Shown piece by piece: positions 9,190-18,816 of a stretch of DNA of 39,821 nucleotides (its first letter is position 1; the number at the start of each line of letters is the position of its first letter). Origin of the DNA: a virus; the IMG/VR virus record IMGVR_UViG_3300045988_150944; one strand, given 5' to 3'. The position numbers and the translations under genes were made by a program. Under the pieces are notes generated by a model. It was not told the origin of the DNA. It made no database searches and saw only the letters and a list, made by a program, of their open reading frames with translations.

Positions 9190-9604
9190 TTGCTGATGTC
9201 GGGTCTGCTACAATAATGTCACTCTGTACCGACATAGTCAGATTAAACTCAATAACTCCATTTACTCCGCCGCCGGTACGTTTTACAGATACCTGGGCGT
9301 CATACTCCGTTTTCGTTCCATCAATCAAAGTCTCCTGAAAAGACAGCACCTCGCCGCTCTCCTGTGCCTTTCGCATCACCCGGTAAGGACTGTTTGCGGA
9401 TGTGTTGTCATACTTAAACTTGTATGTCATCTCGCCGGCGTCGCCGATTCCGTTCTCATACTGCTTATTCTTATCCGTCAGGCAGGTGTTCTCTACCTTC
9501 TCCGGCTCAATGCCCATTTCCGGGATTTCCTTCAACCCCGGGAGGTCTGTATAACTGCTTCCACCGGATTTCTTATATCCCAGTTTTGCTCCATTCGCTA
9601 ACAT
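9182..9604 (-). CDS. major tail protein
   Basis: 140 aa (MLANGAKLGYKKSGGSSYTDLPGLKEIPEMG...TYKFKYD). It resembles phi13-type major tail proteins and is in the expected position. Confidence 0.8.
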   Translation of the reverse strand: MLANGAKLGYKKSGGSSYTDLPGLKEIPEMGIEPEKVENTCLTDKNKQYENGIGDAGEMTYKFKYDNTSANSPYRVMRKAQESGEVLSFQETLIDGTKTEYDAQVSVKRTGGGVNGVIEFNLTMSVQSDIIVADPTSASV

Positions 9605-9619
9605 TCAATCGCTCCTTTC

Positions 9620-9979
9620 TTACATGCTGTGGTAGACTTGTCTGGTCTCCACGTCAATCACCATCTCATAACGCAGCTGCTTGTGCTTGTGGCCGCTCGG
9701 GTCGTCCACATCCATGCACTGGGTCCGTAAAAGTCCCAAGGCCGATACTGCCTTATCCGCTTTCACGGCAGCCTCCGATGTGCTGCGGCCGTCCCAGATG
9801 TCAACCCGATATCGGACATAGGCCTTCTGCTCCTTCATGTCCGTGTACTCGACCACCTTGTTTTCCTCCTCTGCGTACTGAACCGCAGGGAGCGTTCCCC
9901 AGTCTCTCGGATAAGCATCGGAGACATTCTCAAATACCGCTATTAGGGCTCGATATACTTCATCCTTTACATTAACCAT
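9620..9979 (-). CDS. tail completion / tail terminator-like protein
   Basis: 119-aa ORF between the gp10-like protein and the major tail protein. The call is by position only. Confidence 0.5.
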   Translation of the reverse strand: MVNVKDEVYRALIAVFENVSDAYPRDWGTLPAVQYAEEENKVVEYTDMKEQKAYVRYRVDIWDGRSTSEAAVKADKAVSALGLLRTQCMDVDDPSGHKHKQLRYEMVIDVETRQVYHSM

Positions 9980-10505
9980 TCTTTGTTACCTTTCTGATTT
10001 GCTTTTGCAATTCTTCCTCGACGCTGCTCCGGATGTTCTTCTCGTTTGATTTCAGAGCCGGATATAAGAAGGGCTGTGCCGGCTGCCCGTGGGTCTGGTA
10101 GAAGGTGCCGTTCTCGGTCTCGATTTTAAAAAAGCGATACTGTTCCGCGTCCTTTTTATCAATCATGCTTTCGTGAATCCACCAGGGGTTCTGGCTGTAT
10201 GCGGGCGTTATCTCCGGGGATATTCCCGCATGGTTCTGCTCTCCCACAGGGCCAGTTCCGAACTCCACATAGGCTGCATGTTTCTTATTCGTATAAACCG
10301 TTCCTATTACGCGGCCGGCTTCTGTCTCGACGCTGGTTTTAATGTTGTTTCTCAGTTCCCCCTGATTGACGCTACATAGCAGTTTTGCCGTGGCCTGTAC
10401 TTTCTTTGTCTGCTTCCCGATGGCCTTTGACAAGCCTTCCTCCGCCGATATGCCGAGACGATCCAGTTTTTCCAACAAACTTCCTATTCCGTCCACTTTA
10501 CTCAC
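9972..10505 (-). CDS. HK97 gp10 family neck/tail-completion protein
   Basis: Carries the KKHAAYVEFGTGP motif characteristic of the HK97 gp10 family. Confidence 0.75.
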   Translation of the reverse strand: MSKVDGIGSLLEKLDRLGISAEEGLSKAIGKQTKKVQATAKLLCSVNQGELRNNIKTSVETEAGRVIGTVYTNKKHAAYVEFGTGPVGEQNHAGISPEITPAYSQNPWWIHESMIDKKDAEQYRFFKIETENGTFYQTHGQPAQPFLYPALKSNEKNIRSSVEEELQKQIRKVTKNG

Positions 10506-10875
10506 GTTTTTCCACCTCCAGTGTCAAAAAACGATGAGGATAAATCGCAATGATTTTATAATCCGGCTCCGAATCCGGAGAGACAAACAGACAAATCCCA
10601 TCACCAGCGCAAAAGAGCGGTCCTCCCTCTATCTGATATCCGACTCGGCGCCCGCCTGCCGAAACTTCCGTATAATCTCCCTCAATTCTCAAATTTCGGA
10701 TGCCCGGCAGCCGCAGCCCATACATCTCTGTCTGCACCTTCCCGCCGGCCGGCCATTCCTCGGCCTGGAAAGGCATTGCCGAACCAAACTCCACATAGGA
10801 GCTGCCTTCCTTATCTTTCTTCGGTATCGCCTGGCGGTGATAGCATTTTTTTAATCTGCTCCGTTTTAGCCTCAT
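10498..10875 (-). CDS. head-tail joining (head-closure-like) protein
   Basis: Positioned after the gp6-like connector. The start is uncertain because it overlaps the upstream gene by 65 nt. Confidence 0.45.
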   Translation of the reverse strand: MRLKRSRLKKCYHRQAIPKKDKEGSSYVEFGSAMPFQAEEWPAGGKVQTEMYGLRLPGIRNLRIEGDYTEVSAGGRRVGYQIEGGPLFCAGDGICLFVSPDSEPDYKIIAIYPHRFLTLEVEKRE

Positions 10876-11173
10876 AGGCCCGTCCTCCTACCTTTATCAA
10901 CCGATATCGGTCTAGTACGTCGTAAATCTGTTTCGGCGCTGTATCAAAGCTATAGCTCTCCCCGGCGCCGCTCCGGCTGTTCTCCCCTTCAGTACCCATC
11001 CGGTTGTAGGCGATGACAGCCAATTCTCGGACAGTCCTGCTTAAGGCAGGCGGCAGCTCCGTCCGGTTGGTATATGATAATACAAACTCTGTCGCATCTG
11101 ACAACAAAAGAGAGATCAGATTTTCATTGCTCCCTCCTGTCATCAATTTCAATTTTTCAAGTTCTGTCATCAA
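10811..11173 (-). CDS. gp6-like head-tail connector protein
   Basis: MTELEKLKLMTGGSNENLISLLLSDATEFVLSYTNR...RELAVIAYNRMGTEG matches the pattern of phage gp6-like connectors. Confidence 0.7.
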   Translation of the reverse strand: MMTELEKLKLMTGGSNENLISLLLSDATEFVLSYTNRTELPPALSRTVRELAVIAYNRMGTEGENSRSGAGESYSFDTAPKQIYDVLDRYRLIKVGGRAYEAKTEQIKKMLSPPGDTEER

Positions 11174-11416
11174 TCAGACCACATCCTTTAAGACTGCCAG
11201 TAATTCGTCCTTTGTCAGCGAAGCAGCACCTTCAATACCCTTTTCTTTCGCCAGGGCTTTTAATTCATTGGCCTTCAGCTTTTCCAGTTCCGGTTTTACC
11301 TCCTCTTTCGCTTCACTTCCAGCCTCTCCCAAAGGCACATACCCCGCCGTTTCTAACTTCCGGATTTGTGCTTCGCTCTCTGCAATCCGTTCTACATTGT
11401 CCTTTATCAACCTCAT
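11174..11416 (-). CDS. small head-associated protein with a Rho_N/SAP-like motif
   Basis: Contains KANELKALAKEKGIEGAASLTKDELLAVLKDV. It lies directly after the major capsid gene. Confidence 0.55.
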   Translation of the reverse strand: MRLIKDNVERIAESEAQIRKLETAGYVPLGEAGSEAKEEVKPELEKLKANELKALAKEKGIEGAASLTKDELLAVLKDVV

Positions 11417-11427
11417 CTGCTACCTCC

Positions 11428-12366
11428 TTATGCCGACGGTGCTGCATCTTTGATATTCAGATAAATGCTGTCCAGCTTGTTGTCCAGCACCCAGATATCA
11501 TGAAACCGGCGGTAATCCATTTGCCATGCATTCAGTTTCTGGTTGATGGTAGGGTCGAAGATACGCATGATGTCCTGCTTAGTGACTGCAATGGGTGTTG
11601 CACGCGGGCAGACGAAGAAGTTGATATCCTTCGCCGTGGTTCCCTTCACATAGCCGCCCTGCTCCTGACCAGAAGTCTTACCGTCATAAATAGTAATTGC
11701 TGTGTACATGCGGTTAGAAGGTGTGGAGATAATCGGTACACCATCAACAGAAGGAACGGCAGTATCAATGCCCCCCTTTGAGAATGTGGTATTCGTAATC
11801 TTTCCGGACAGTTCCATCTCCAGCTCCATGATCATGTCCGGCGTGGCATGGATAACCAGCGGACCGTTATACAGTTCACGGATTGCCTTAATTCCTTCTT
11901 TGATTTTCCGGAGGGCCGAAGTCCCAGTCGCTCCCGGTGTATATCCATAGGATACCATTCCGGCCTTCTTCGCCGCGATCGTCTCTGCTGCAATCTTGCT
12001 AATGCGATACGCATCAATCTCCGGCACTACAAACATGCGCTGGAACTCACCCATGACGGCCGCCGCAGTGGTGACGAAGTTGTTCTCGTTGATATCGATG
12101 GGGTCAAGCTGGAACTTACGGCCTCTATCCTGCGTCATTTTACGGGTCTCGTATTCCAGGGTAACGCCGCCCTGCTGGTATCCATTGTCCCGGTCATAAT
12201 CTCCCAGGCCCTGGACGGACATCTTCGGGATTTTCACCTCGGCGCCTCCATTATAGATAACCTGGCCAGCATTGGCATCCATCCAACCTGTGACCGCCTC
12301 TTTAATTGCAACCTTATCCAGCGTATTCTGAAAAAGCGTTGCTGTTGCTAATGTGTTAATAGCCAT
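11428..12366 (-). CDS. major capsid protein
   Basis: 312 aa, following the scaffold gene. The N-terminus is MAINTLATATLFQNTLDKVAIKEAVTGWMDANAGQV. Confidence 0.8.
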   Translation of the reverse strand: MAINTLATATLFQNTLDKVAIKEAVTGWMDANAGQVIYNGGAEVKIPKMSVQGLGDYDRDNGYQQGGVTLEYETRKMTQDRGRKFQLDPIDINENNFVTTAAAVMGEFQRMFVVPEIDAYRISKIAAETIAAKKAGMVSYGYTPGATGTSALRKIKEGIKAIRELYNGPLVIHATPDMIMELEMELSGKITNTTFSKGGIDTAVPSVDGVPIISTPSNRMYTAITIYDGKTSGQEQGGYVKGTTAKDINFFVCPRATPIAVTKQDIMRIFDPTINQKLNAWQMDYRRFHDIWVLDNKLDSIYLNIKDAAPSA

Positions 12367-12385
12367 ATTTTCTTACCATCCTTTC

Positions 12386-12994
12386 TTAAATTCCCATCAT
12401 CAGGGATTCTACCTGTTTTGCCAAGTCCTCTTCTCCTCCTGATGGCGCTTTCTTTGGCGGCGTACCGCCCTTTAGTTTCTCTTCCACAGCAGCCTGCACA
12501 GCCTCCTGGAAGGCTTTTTCCACTGCTTCAATGGATTTGCTGCAGGAATCTGCATCAGCGTAATTCAGTACCTCAGCCAGTCCCACAGGCAGCTTCTTTT
12601 CGGCCAGCGTGTTCTTTGCCTCGGCCATTAACTCCCGGCGGGTAATCGCCGCCTCTTTGTCAGCCAGTTCCTTTTCTTTTTTCTGATGCAGATACTGCGC
12701 CTTCTCCTCTTTATTCATTTTTGCCAGTTTGTCAGCTTCCGACAACTTGTCATCCATCAGGAGTTCCCACTTTTCTTTAGCCGTTCCAAGGGCTTTCTGC
12801 ACCCGGCGGTCAAACTCCGCCTGATAATCCTTGTTCTTCAGGATATCGTCAAAACTCTGCGGGGCAGGCTCCGGTTTGGGTTCTGGTGTTGGCTCTGGTG
12901 TCGGTTCTGGTGCAGGAGCCGGTTCTGGCCCCGGTTCCGCAAAAAGCTGGAGATTCATTGGGATTGATTCCCGATAAAAGTATTTCTTTTTCAT
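12386..12994 (-). CDS. capsid scaffolding protein (DUF4355-like)
   Basis: Contains MNLQLFAEP, a PEPxPEP linker and a charged helical region. The true start may be the internal MNLQLFA at about 12958. Confidence 0.75.
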   Translation of the reverse strand: MKKKYFYRESIPMNLQLFAEPGPEPAPAPEPTPEPTPEPKPEPAPQSFDDILKNKDYQAEFDRRVQKALGTAKEKWELLMDDKLSEADKLAKMNKEEKAQYLHQKKEKELADKEAAITRRELMAEAKNTLAEKKLPVGLAEVLNYADADSCSKSIEAVEKAFQEAVQAAVEEKLKGGTPPKKAPSGGEEDLAKQVESLMMGI

Positions 12995-13117
12995 GTCTTT
13001 TCCTTTCTGCCCCAGCCCGTTCTTCGCCCAGACTGTTGCCCTAGTTTTTCGTCATTCCGGACATAAAAATAAGACGCATTACCCGGCGCCTCAAAGGGAG
13101 ATAATTGGATCACCTCC

Positions 13118-13246
13118 TCAGTTTACATATTTTCCTTCACGCTCGTTCTTCTCGCGCAGATAAGCAAGTTCCATTGCCTTGATTAAAACCCGTGTCAGAT
13201 TTGCGAGAACCGCAATAAAAATAATTGCTCCACATATCTCCAGCAC
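13118..13246 (-). CDS. possible 42-aa membrane peptide (VLEICGAIIFIAVLANLTRVLIK...)
   Basis: Hand-translated. GGAAGGAGG lies 5 nt upstream of a GTG start, and there is one hydrophobic helix. Confidence 0.3.
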   Translation of the reverse strand: MLEICGAIIFIAVLANLTRVLIKAMELAYLREKNEREGKYVN

Positions 13247-13312
13247 AATATCCTCCTTCCTGTTGCGATATCACAACAAATAAAATACCACCAGCCATTT
13301 CGATTGATGGTA

Positions 13313-13513
13313 TCACCCTTCACTATACGGACATTTCCTGCATATTTCCCTGGCATACTCAATATCTTCCAGTTCTGCCAGTTCTTTCGTAGATGATATC
13401 TTAAAGAAACGATGCAGACACATCATGGAATCGTAACACAGGTCCGCACAAATCACTTTTTTGTAAACTGGGCAGTAATGATCTGCTTCATAATCCAGAT
13501 TGCTATTTGACAT
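13313..13513 (-). CDS. small Cys-rich protein (candidate immunity partner of the MuF C-terminal domain)
   Basis: 66 aa containing CPVYKKVICADLCYDSMMC...CRKCPY. Its ATG lies inside the last codons of the MuF gene (AAATATGTCAAATAG), which indicates translational coupling. Confidence 0.6.
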   Translation of the reverse strand: MSNSNLDYEADHYCPVYKKVICADLCYDSMMCLHRFFKISSTKELAELEDIEYAREICRKCPYSEG

Positions 13514-15089
13514 ATTTCTTTATCACCTCCAAAATCTTTCTTGTGTCACTGTCAAAGTCTTCCTTTTTCCAAGCTGTCTTGTATATCCAATCATCTCCTG
13601 ACTTTGTAATAACACAAACCCCGTCGTGACCATAAAAAACCTGACGCCTTCCGCCCCACTGAACCATCATAATCTCTGCCTGGTTCATGTAACCTCGAAT
13701 CTCATCGTCTGTAATATGTCTTTCGACCATTCGATGCATAATGTGATAGGGATCGTGTTTGCCTTCTGGTAAAATATATGCCTGTTTCTGAACAGGCGGG
13801 AGAACTACTGCCTTTGTTAATCCTAACCGTTTCAATTCTTCCCCAATATCGTAATATCGCTTATCACTTGTCGGATATTTTTCCAGATAATCCTTCAGGC
13901 CCTTTATGTATTCCCACTTCTCACCATCAGTATACTTCATTTTCTGGAAGGAATCCAGCGTTTCAGGGGCATTCCTGCCTAAAACTTTCCTATACTTTTC
14001 ATACTGCCTGCGGTCGGATGAACGGTTCCGAATCATCTTCTCATTGACCTCCGCCTTCGGTCGTCCTCTGACGTTCTTGGCATACCATTGCTCATAGGTC
14101 ATATTGGCCGGTACCGTGTTTGTCTTTCCCGTCACAGGATCTCGTGCCCGGCGTTCCATCTGCGCCAGCTCAGCATCCGATATGTCACAAATCGTCGTTG
14201 ACCGGCACCAGGGATGCATGGGAGGGCAGTTTTTCCCCGGATGCTGTTCGGATACCGGGAAACGCTTTCCGTCCAGCTCCCGGCATACGGTTGATGTCTT
14301 AAGGTCCAGTGTTGCCACATAGATATATGTCTCAATCCCGCACTCCTCATAGGACTGCATCTCCATCTGGTTGGCCAGGTTACAGGATTCCGTCCGAACC
14401 AGGCGCCTGGCGTTACTGGCCCCCTGGGCAAATTTGTTGGCGATAATTTCCGCCATCTCCCTGTCTGTCCTGCCAGTAACCAGGTTGACCAGCAGTTCCT
14501 CTTTCAAGTCCTGGGCCAAGGCTTGTGTATTGTGCCAGATACGGGTGGAGTAGTTGGCTCCTGACCACTTGCTGTTGATAACCTTGTCTATCGCTTTCGG
14601 ATCCACCAGACCGAACGAAAAGCCCAGCCCCGTTCGTTGCTGGACATCAAAAATGGACCTGTAATAAGCCTCGTTGGCAAGGTCCACGTAATGACTGGTA
14701 TTCTTCGCTTTTTCCTGCTGGTAGATATTTTGCATGGTCAGGTCAAGTTGATTCTGTAGCTGCTGGAGCCGTTCCAGTCGTGCTTGATACGCTGGACCCT
14801 CCAACTCTGCCAGAATATCCTTCTGAACGCCGTCGCCGGCCCACAGCGCCGCTTTTAACTCGTCAAGGGAGGTTTTATCATGTAAGCTATTAAGCAGCCT
14901 ATATGCCTCTTTATCGGTCAGATGATGTTTACGCTTATACCGCTCGAATATCTTATCCAACTCAGCACTAAGATAGCCAGATGATTTTTGATAAAGCTTT
15001 GCTATCTCGTCGGCGGTATCCTCTGCCTTTGCCATGTATTGGAACATTTCCTGGGCTTTACGCTTCTCCCAATATGACAGGCTACTCAT
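13503..15089 (-). CDS. minor head protein (Mu F / SPP1 gp7 family) with an extra C-terminal toxin-like domain
   Basis: MuF core: RTESCNLANQMEMQSYEECGIETYIYVATLDLKTSTVCRELDGKRFP...PPMHPWCRST. A C-terminal extension of about 100 aa follows: YHIMHRMVERHITDDEIRGYM...VCVITKSGDDWIYKTAW. Confidence 0.85.
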   Translation of the reverse strand: MSSLSYWEKRKAQEMFQYMAKAEDTADEIAKLYQKSSGYLSAELDKIFERYKRKHHLTDKEAYRLLNSLHDKTSLDELKAALWAGDGVQKDILAELEGPAYQARLERLQQLQNQLDLTMQNIYQQEKAKNTSHYVDLANEAYYRSIFDVQQRTGLGFSFGLVDPKAIDKVINSKWSGANYSTRIWHNTQALAQDLKEELLVNLVTGRTDREMAEIIANKFAQGASNARRLVRTESCNLANQMEMQSYEECGIETYIYVATLDLKTSTVCRELDGKRFPVSEQHPGKNCPPMHPWCRSTTICDISDAELAQMERRARDPVTGKTNTVPANMTYEQWYAKNVRGRPKAEVNEKMIRNRSSDRRQYEKYRKVLGRNAPETLDSFQKMKYTDGEKWEYIKGLKDYLEKYPTSDKRYYDIGEELKRLGLTKAVVLPPVQKQAYILPEGKHDPYHIMHRMVERHITDDEIRGYMNQAEIMMVQWGGRRQVFYGHDGVCVITKSGDDWIYKTAWKKEDFDSDTRKILEVIKKYVK

Positions 15090-16460
15090 TTATTCATCCT
15101 CATCTTCCGGAGGGGTATTACTTCCCAGGCCGAATAGCTCCATCTGCTGTTTCGCCGCTTCCTGCGCCTCTGTTTCAACGGCTGCTACCTCATCATCTAC
15201 GTTCCCTACAAACGGCACCTGTGACAACAGCGTCTTCTTGCTGATTTTCCCCCAGAGATTGCTTACAATCTGGCTAATCTCCAGCAGATTCTTCGGCATT
15301 GCCCGAGAAAATGTCGGTGTGATGCCGGACACATCAACCTGGACAGATTTACTCTTTGCCAGCCAGGCCGCGAACAGTCTCAGGCGTTTCCGCAGCCCCC
15401 GTTTGTAATACCGGGTCTTAATTTTCGTGATGTTCTCCATGCCAAGGAGCTTAAACTCCATAGCCACTCCGCTGACGTTGCCACCAAAGCTCTCGTCTGT
15501 CATGCAGGGTATGTGGGAGAACTTATGAATATCCTGCTCAATGGCTTTCTTCAAGATTTCCACACCGGATTCATCAAAGGTTCGAGTCAGGTATTCCGCT
15601 TTTGAATCCTTCGGAAGTTCCAGGAGTTTGTCGTCCTTTACTCTCTCCTTCGCTGTCTTCCCCTCTTCGTCCTTCGCATCCGGGTCGCCCAGCATGGCTC
15701 CGTAAATTGCCAGAATTGCATCAATAAACTGCTCCTTATCCGTGATACGGTCGCTCATCAGCGCGTTGTAAGCATCAATCAGCGGGATTTGCAGCTCAAA
15801 GTCACCAATCGCAAGCTTGTTGTTCAGATACTCGATCACCGGAACCTCGTCAAAGTAATGCGGTGTTGGCTCCTCAAGTAATGCCTGCGGACTATCGATA
15901 TTCTCAATGTTCAGCACCCACTTATAATGTTCCGTCAACACGGTAGCTACGTAGATGGTTCTTTTTCTGTCAGAGTCATCTTTCTTCGCATAGTAATAAA
16001 CCGCGAACAGTTCCCGTTGTTCTATCGTGTCATCGTAAACCACAAAGGTATTTTCCGGAGACAGATTCTTGATGGTTAAATCCGTCTCTCCCTCCATCGG
16101 ATAGATGTACTCATAACTCCTGCCATACACAGACAAATCCAGGCCGTTGTCTCCATCAGCTTCATCGGCTCCGGCCGTCTCAAGGGCATCAGTGAGCGGC
16201 GTTATATCTCCGTCTCCATTGTATGAGATCGGATTGCCGATAAAGTAGGCGCTGGCCGTGTCACTGATATCCTTCGCATGATTGCAGACCAGCTTTGTTT
16301 TTCGGCTCTCAGTCAATATCTTGTGCTGCCCCTCGTAGTATTTCATAAGCTTTTTTAATCTGGCAGACTCCCGGCGATGCTTCTCAATCAGCGTACGGAT
16401 TGCCTGCTTATCCGGGTTTGTCTCGTCCCAGTTCTCCCGGGGCAATGTGTATATGTACAT
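15090..16460 (-). CDS. portal protein (SPP1 gp6-like)
   Basis: 456 aa between TerL and the MuF gene, with an acidic C-terminus. Confidence 0.9.
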   Translation of the reverse strand: MYIYTLPRENWDETNPDKQAIRTLIEKHRRESARLKKLMKYYEGQHKILTESRKTKLVCNHAKDISDTASAYFIGNPISYNGDGDITPLTDALETAGADEADGDNGLDLSVYGRSYEYIYPMEGETDLTIKNLSPENTFVVYDDTIEQRELFAVYYYAKKDDSDRKRTIYVATVLTEHYKWVLNIENIDSPQALLEEPTPHYFDEVPVIEYLNNKLAIGDFELQIPLIDAYNALMSDRITDKEQFIDAILAIYGAMLGDPDAKDEEGKTAKERVKDDKLLELPKDSKAEYLTRTFDESGVEILKKAIEQDIHKFSHIPCMTDESFGGNVSGVAMEFKLLGMENITKIKTRYYKRGLRKRLRLFAAWLAKSKSVQVDVSGITPTFSRAMPKNLLEISQIVSNLWGKISKKTLLSQVPFVGNVDDEVAAVETEAQEAAKQQMELFGLGSNTPPEDEDE

Positions 16461-16473
16461 GTCTTATCACCTC

Positions 16474-17766
16474 CTAATGTAATCCATAGTCAGATTTCTT
16501 CCTGACCTTAGCCTTCCGGCTTGTCATCACATCCTCCAGCGCATACCGGACCGCATCAATGGTATGATTGTTCTTGTCCGGATAGCTACCTTTAAAGTTG
16601 CCGTTCTTGTCCTGCTCCAACTCATATCCGGTGAACTCCCTGGCCGCATTCGGGCAGCGCTGCTGGTCTATAATAATTTCATTTACCTCGTCAGCCAGAA
16701 ACTCCATGCCAAAGTCCACGGACCCCGGCCCCTTCCTGGCACCCACGACTCGAAGTCCCAGCTCATTCAGGGCGTCTATTGCCCGCGGATCCTCACTGTC
16801 CGCTGTCACCACTCTATTGAGTGGATTGTACGACCGGATCTTTCCAGCCAGCCGGGTATTCCCCATCCGAGTTCCGTACACTTCGCCAAACAGGAAAAGA
16901 CGCTTCCGCGTCCTGTCATAATGCATTTTTTCATATGCTGCCGGATCAGCGCCGAAACCAAAATCCAACCCCTGATAAATCCGGTCAAACCGTGCCATTT
17001 CTTCCTCTGTGATGGGTCTGACTGTCACATTTTCAAATACCTGACCGCCGGTCCCTGTGGCAATTCCAAGATATTCATGCTCATAGGCCTTTGGCTTTGT
17101 CTCTTTGAGCGATTCTGCCTCAACGAAGAACTGTTCACCTAACCACTCTGGCGGAACCGTCCTGTAATCGCTATGATGAACAACGGTATCGTCCCGGCTC
17201 TGGAGGATATCCTGATTTACCCAATTGTTCATGGACTTCGGCGGGTTCCAAGAATAAAAAACAAAATACTCCGAACCACCACGCATCAGCGACTGGAGTA
17301 TTGTTCGTTCTTCCTCCTCTCCATCAAATTCCGCGCGCTCCTCGAACCAGATGTACTTAAAATAGCCGTTTGCCAGCTTCACTGATTTGATTTTCTGTGG
17401 GTCATCTGCTCCACGGAAGATAATTCTGTTGCCAAAAGGTGTATAAGTCAGTCCCAATGGGGAATAGCGTATCTTCCACTTACTATCCACCCCCAGAACA
17501 TTAATTGCCCAGATAAGCTGCTGGAAGACTGACTCATCCAGGAAACGGCCCACCTTGCGCATTGCAATCGCATTAGCCTGCGGATCCTGCATCATCCCTA
17601 AGATGATTTCCAGGCTGACAAATGACGATTTTGTGGATCCACGCCCGCCAGCAAGTTTGTAATGTGTATGCCTATGCTCAAGAATATCCCAGTGTAGGCC
17701 ATAGAAGGATGGAGCTATCAGGCCAGATAACTTAACTTGTGTCTGGTTTGGGGATGTCATTAACAA
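16474..17766 (-). CDS. terminase large subunit (PBSX-type)
   Basis: Walker A motif GGRGSTKS, with a nuclease-domain C-terminal half. 430 aa. Confidence 0.9.
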   Translation of the reverse strand: MLMTSPNQTQVKLSGLIAPSFYGLHWDILEHRHTHYKLAGGRGSTKSSFVSLEIILGMMQDPQANAIAMRKVGRFLDESVFQQLIWAINVLGVDSKWKIRYSPLGLTYTPFGNRIIFRGADDPQKIKSVKLANGYFKYIWFEERAEFDGEEEERTILQSLMRGGSEYFVFYSWNPPKSMNNWVNQDILQSRDDTVVHHSDYRTVPPEWLGEQFFVEAESLKETKPKAYEHEYLGIATGTGGQVFENVTVRPITEEEMARFDRIYQGLDFGFGADPAAYEKMHYDRTRKRLFLFGEVYGTRMGNTRLAGKIRSYNPLNRVVTADSEDPRAIDALNELGLRVVGARKGPGSVDFGMEFLADEVNEIIIDQQRCPNAAREFTGYELEQDKNGNFKGSYPDKNNHTIDAVRYALEDVMTSRKAKVRKKSDYGLH

Positions 17767-18169
17767 TGGTCACCCCTCCTATCTGTCCACTGTGCTCAAT
17801 GTCTTGTTTGTCTCGCCATCGGTCCGGACGCCGGTTCTTCAGCCAGAAGATCTGCGCTGTAGTGTCCGGAACTACTTCTTTGATTGTTGTAGTGGTTCTT
17901 ACTCCTTCGGCTGTCCTTTCCTTTTTGGTTTCGGTATAGGTATAACCCAGCGCCCGTTTCAGGAGAGCGTTCTCGACCTGTATGTCAACAACCTCTTTGC
18001 CCTTTTTTAGGGCCTCTGAAACCTCTGGATACCGCTTTTTCCAGTCATACAGCGTGGCCGTGGCTATTCCGGCATTCGCGGCGATTTGCTCATCGGTCAG
18101 ACCATCCCGCGCCCAGGCCTCCAGCTTCAGCAAGCCTTCCGGCGTTATCCAATATTCATATTTTGCCAT
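17732..18169 (-). CDS. terminase small subunit
   Basis: MAKYEYWITPEGLLKLEAWARDGLTDEQIAANAGIATATLYDWKKRYPE (HTH). AAGGAGG lies 8 nt upstream of the ATG at 18169. Confidence 0.75.
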   Translation of the reverse strand: MAKYEYWITPEGLLKLEAWARDGLTDEQIAANAGIATATLYDWKKRYPEVSEALKKGKEVVDIQVENALLKRALGYTYTETKKERTAEGVRTTTTIKEVVPDTTAQIFWLKNRRPDRWRDKQDIEHSGQIGGVTIVNDIPKPDTS

Positions 18170-18194
18170 CAGGCTCACCTCCTTTTGGGTATAG

Positions 18195-18220
18195 AAAAAG
18201 AGCCACGGGTGGGTGGCTCC
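18195..18220 (-). terminator. rho-independent terminator
   Basis: The - strand reads GAGCCAC-CCACCC-GTGGCTC followed by TTTTTC, directly after the stop at 18224. Confidence 0.6.
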
Positions 18221-18223
18221 TAC

Positions 18224-18682
18224 TTACTTAAGCAGTTTTACTCTAAATCTCTTATTTGTGCTGTCTACCAAAACAATTTTGTCACTTTTCTTAAACACTC
18301 CCGTTAACTCTTTATCCCATGATATTCTTATGCTCGCATACCGTCCTGCACTTAACGAAAGCGGATAGTCTTCCCAATCTGGATTAGTATCGGAACAGAA
18401 AAAATAAGGATGGCATAATATTTTTTTCTCACGAATAAATTCTATTCTACAAATAGAAATTTCATATCGTCCCGTATTTGTAATGTCAATTATTGCTGAG
18501 GACTTAATAACGTGCCCCGTTTTAATCATACCATTATACGAGTCAATTATTTTGTCTTCTTGCAATTTCAACACTGCGTTCATTCTTTTTTGAGTTTTAT
18601 ATCCGGATTGCCATAAAGCAATTATTACCGCCGCACAAGTTCCTATTGCTGAAATTGCTGTCCAAAACTCTCCCCAATCCAT
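18224..18682 (-). CDS. moron: N-terminally membrane-anchored hypothetical protein
   Basis: MDWGEFWTAISAIGTCAAVIIALWQ forms a TM helix. The region is AT-rich. GGGAGG lies 6 nt upstream of the ATG at 18682, and the gene has its own terminator. Confidence 0.65.
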   Translation of the reverse strand: MDWGEFWTAISAIGTCAAVIIALWQSGYKTQKRMNAVLKLQEDKIIDSYNGMIKTGHVIKSSAIIDITNTGRYEISICRIEFIREKKILCHPYFFCSDTNPDWEDYPLSLSAGRYASIRISWDKELTGVFKKSDKIVLVDSTNKRFRVKLLK

Positions 18683-18816
18683 ATTTTTCCTCCCACTCAA
18701 TATATAACCATCCTATCACAAAGTCCGATAAAAGAAAAGCACCCATCCCATGATAGGCGCCTTTCAAAAGGAAGAGTGTTCCCACTATTCAACTGGTTAT
18801 ACTTTTTCTCGCAAAG

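Noticed and set aside
11074-12351. + strand ORFs of 235, 82, 167 and 67 aa across the capsid region
   Set aside because: Antisense to the major capsid and small head protein genes, with no translational signals.
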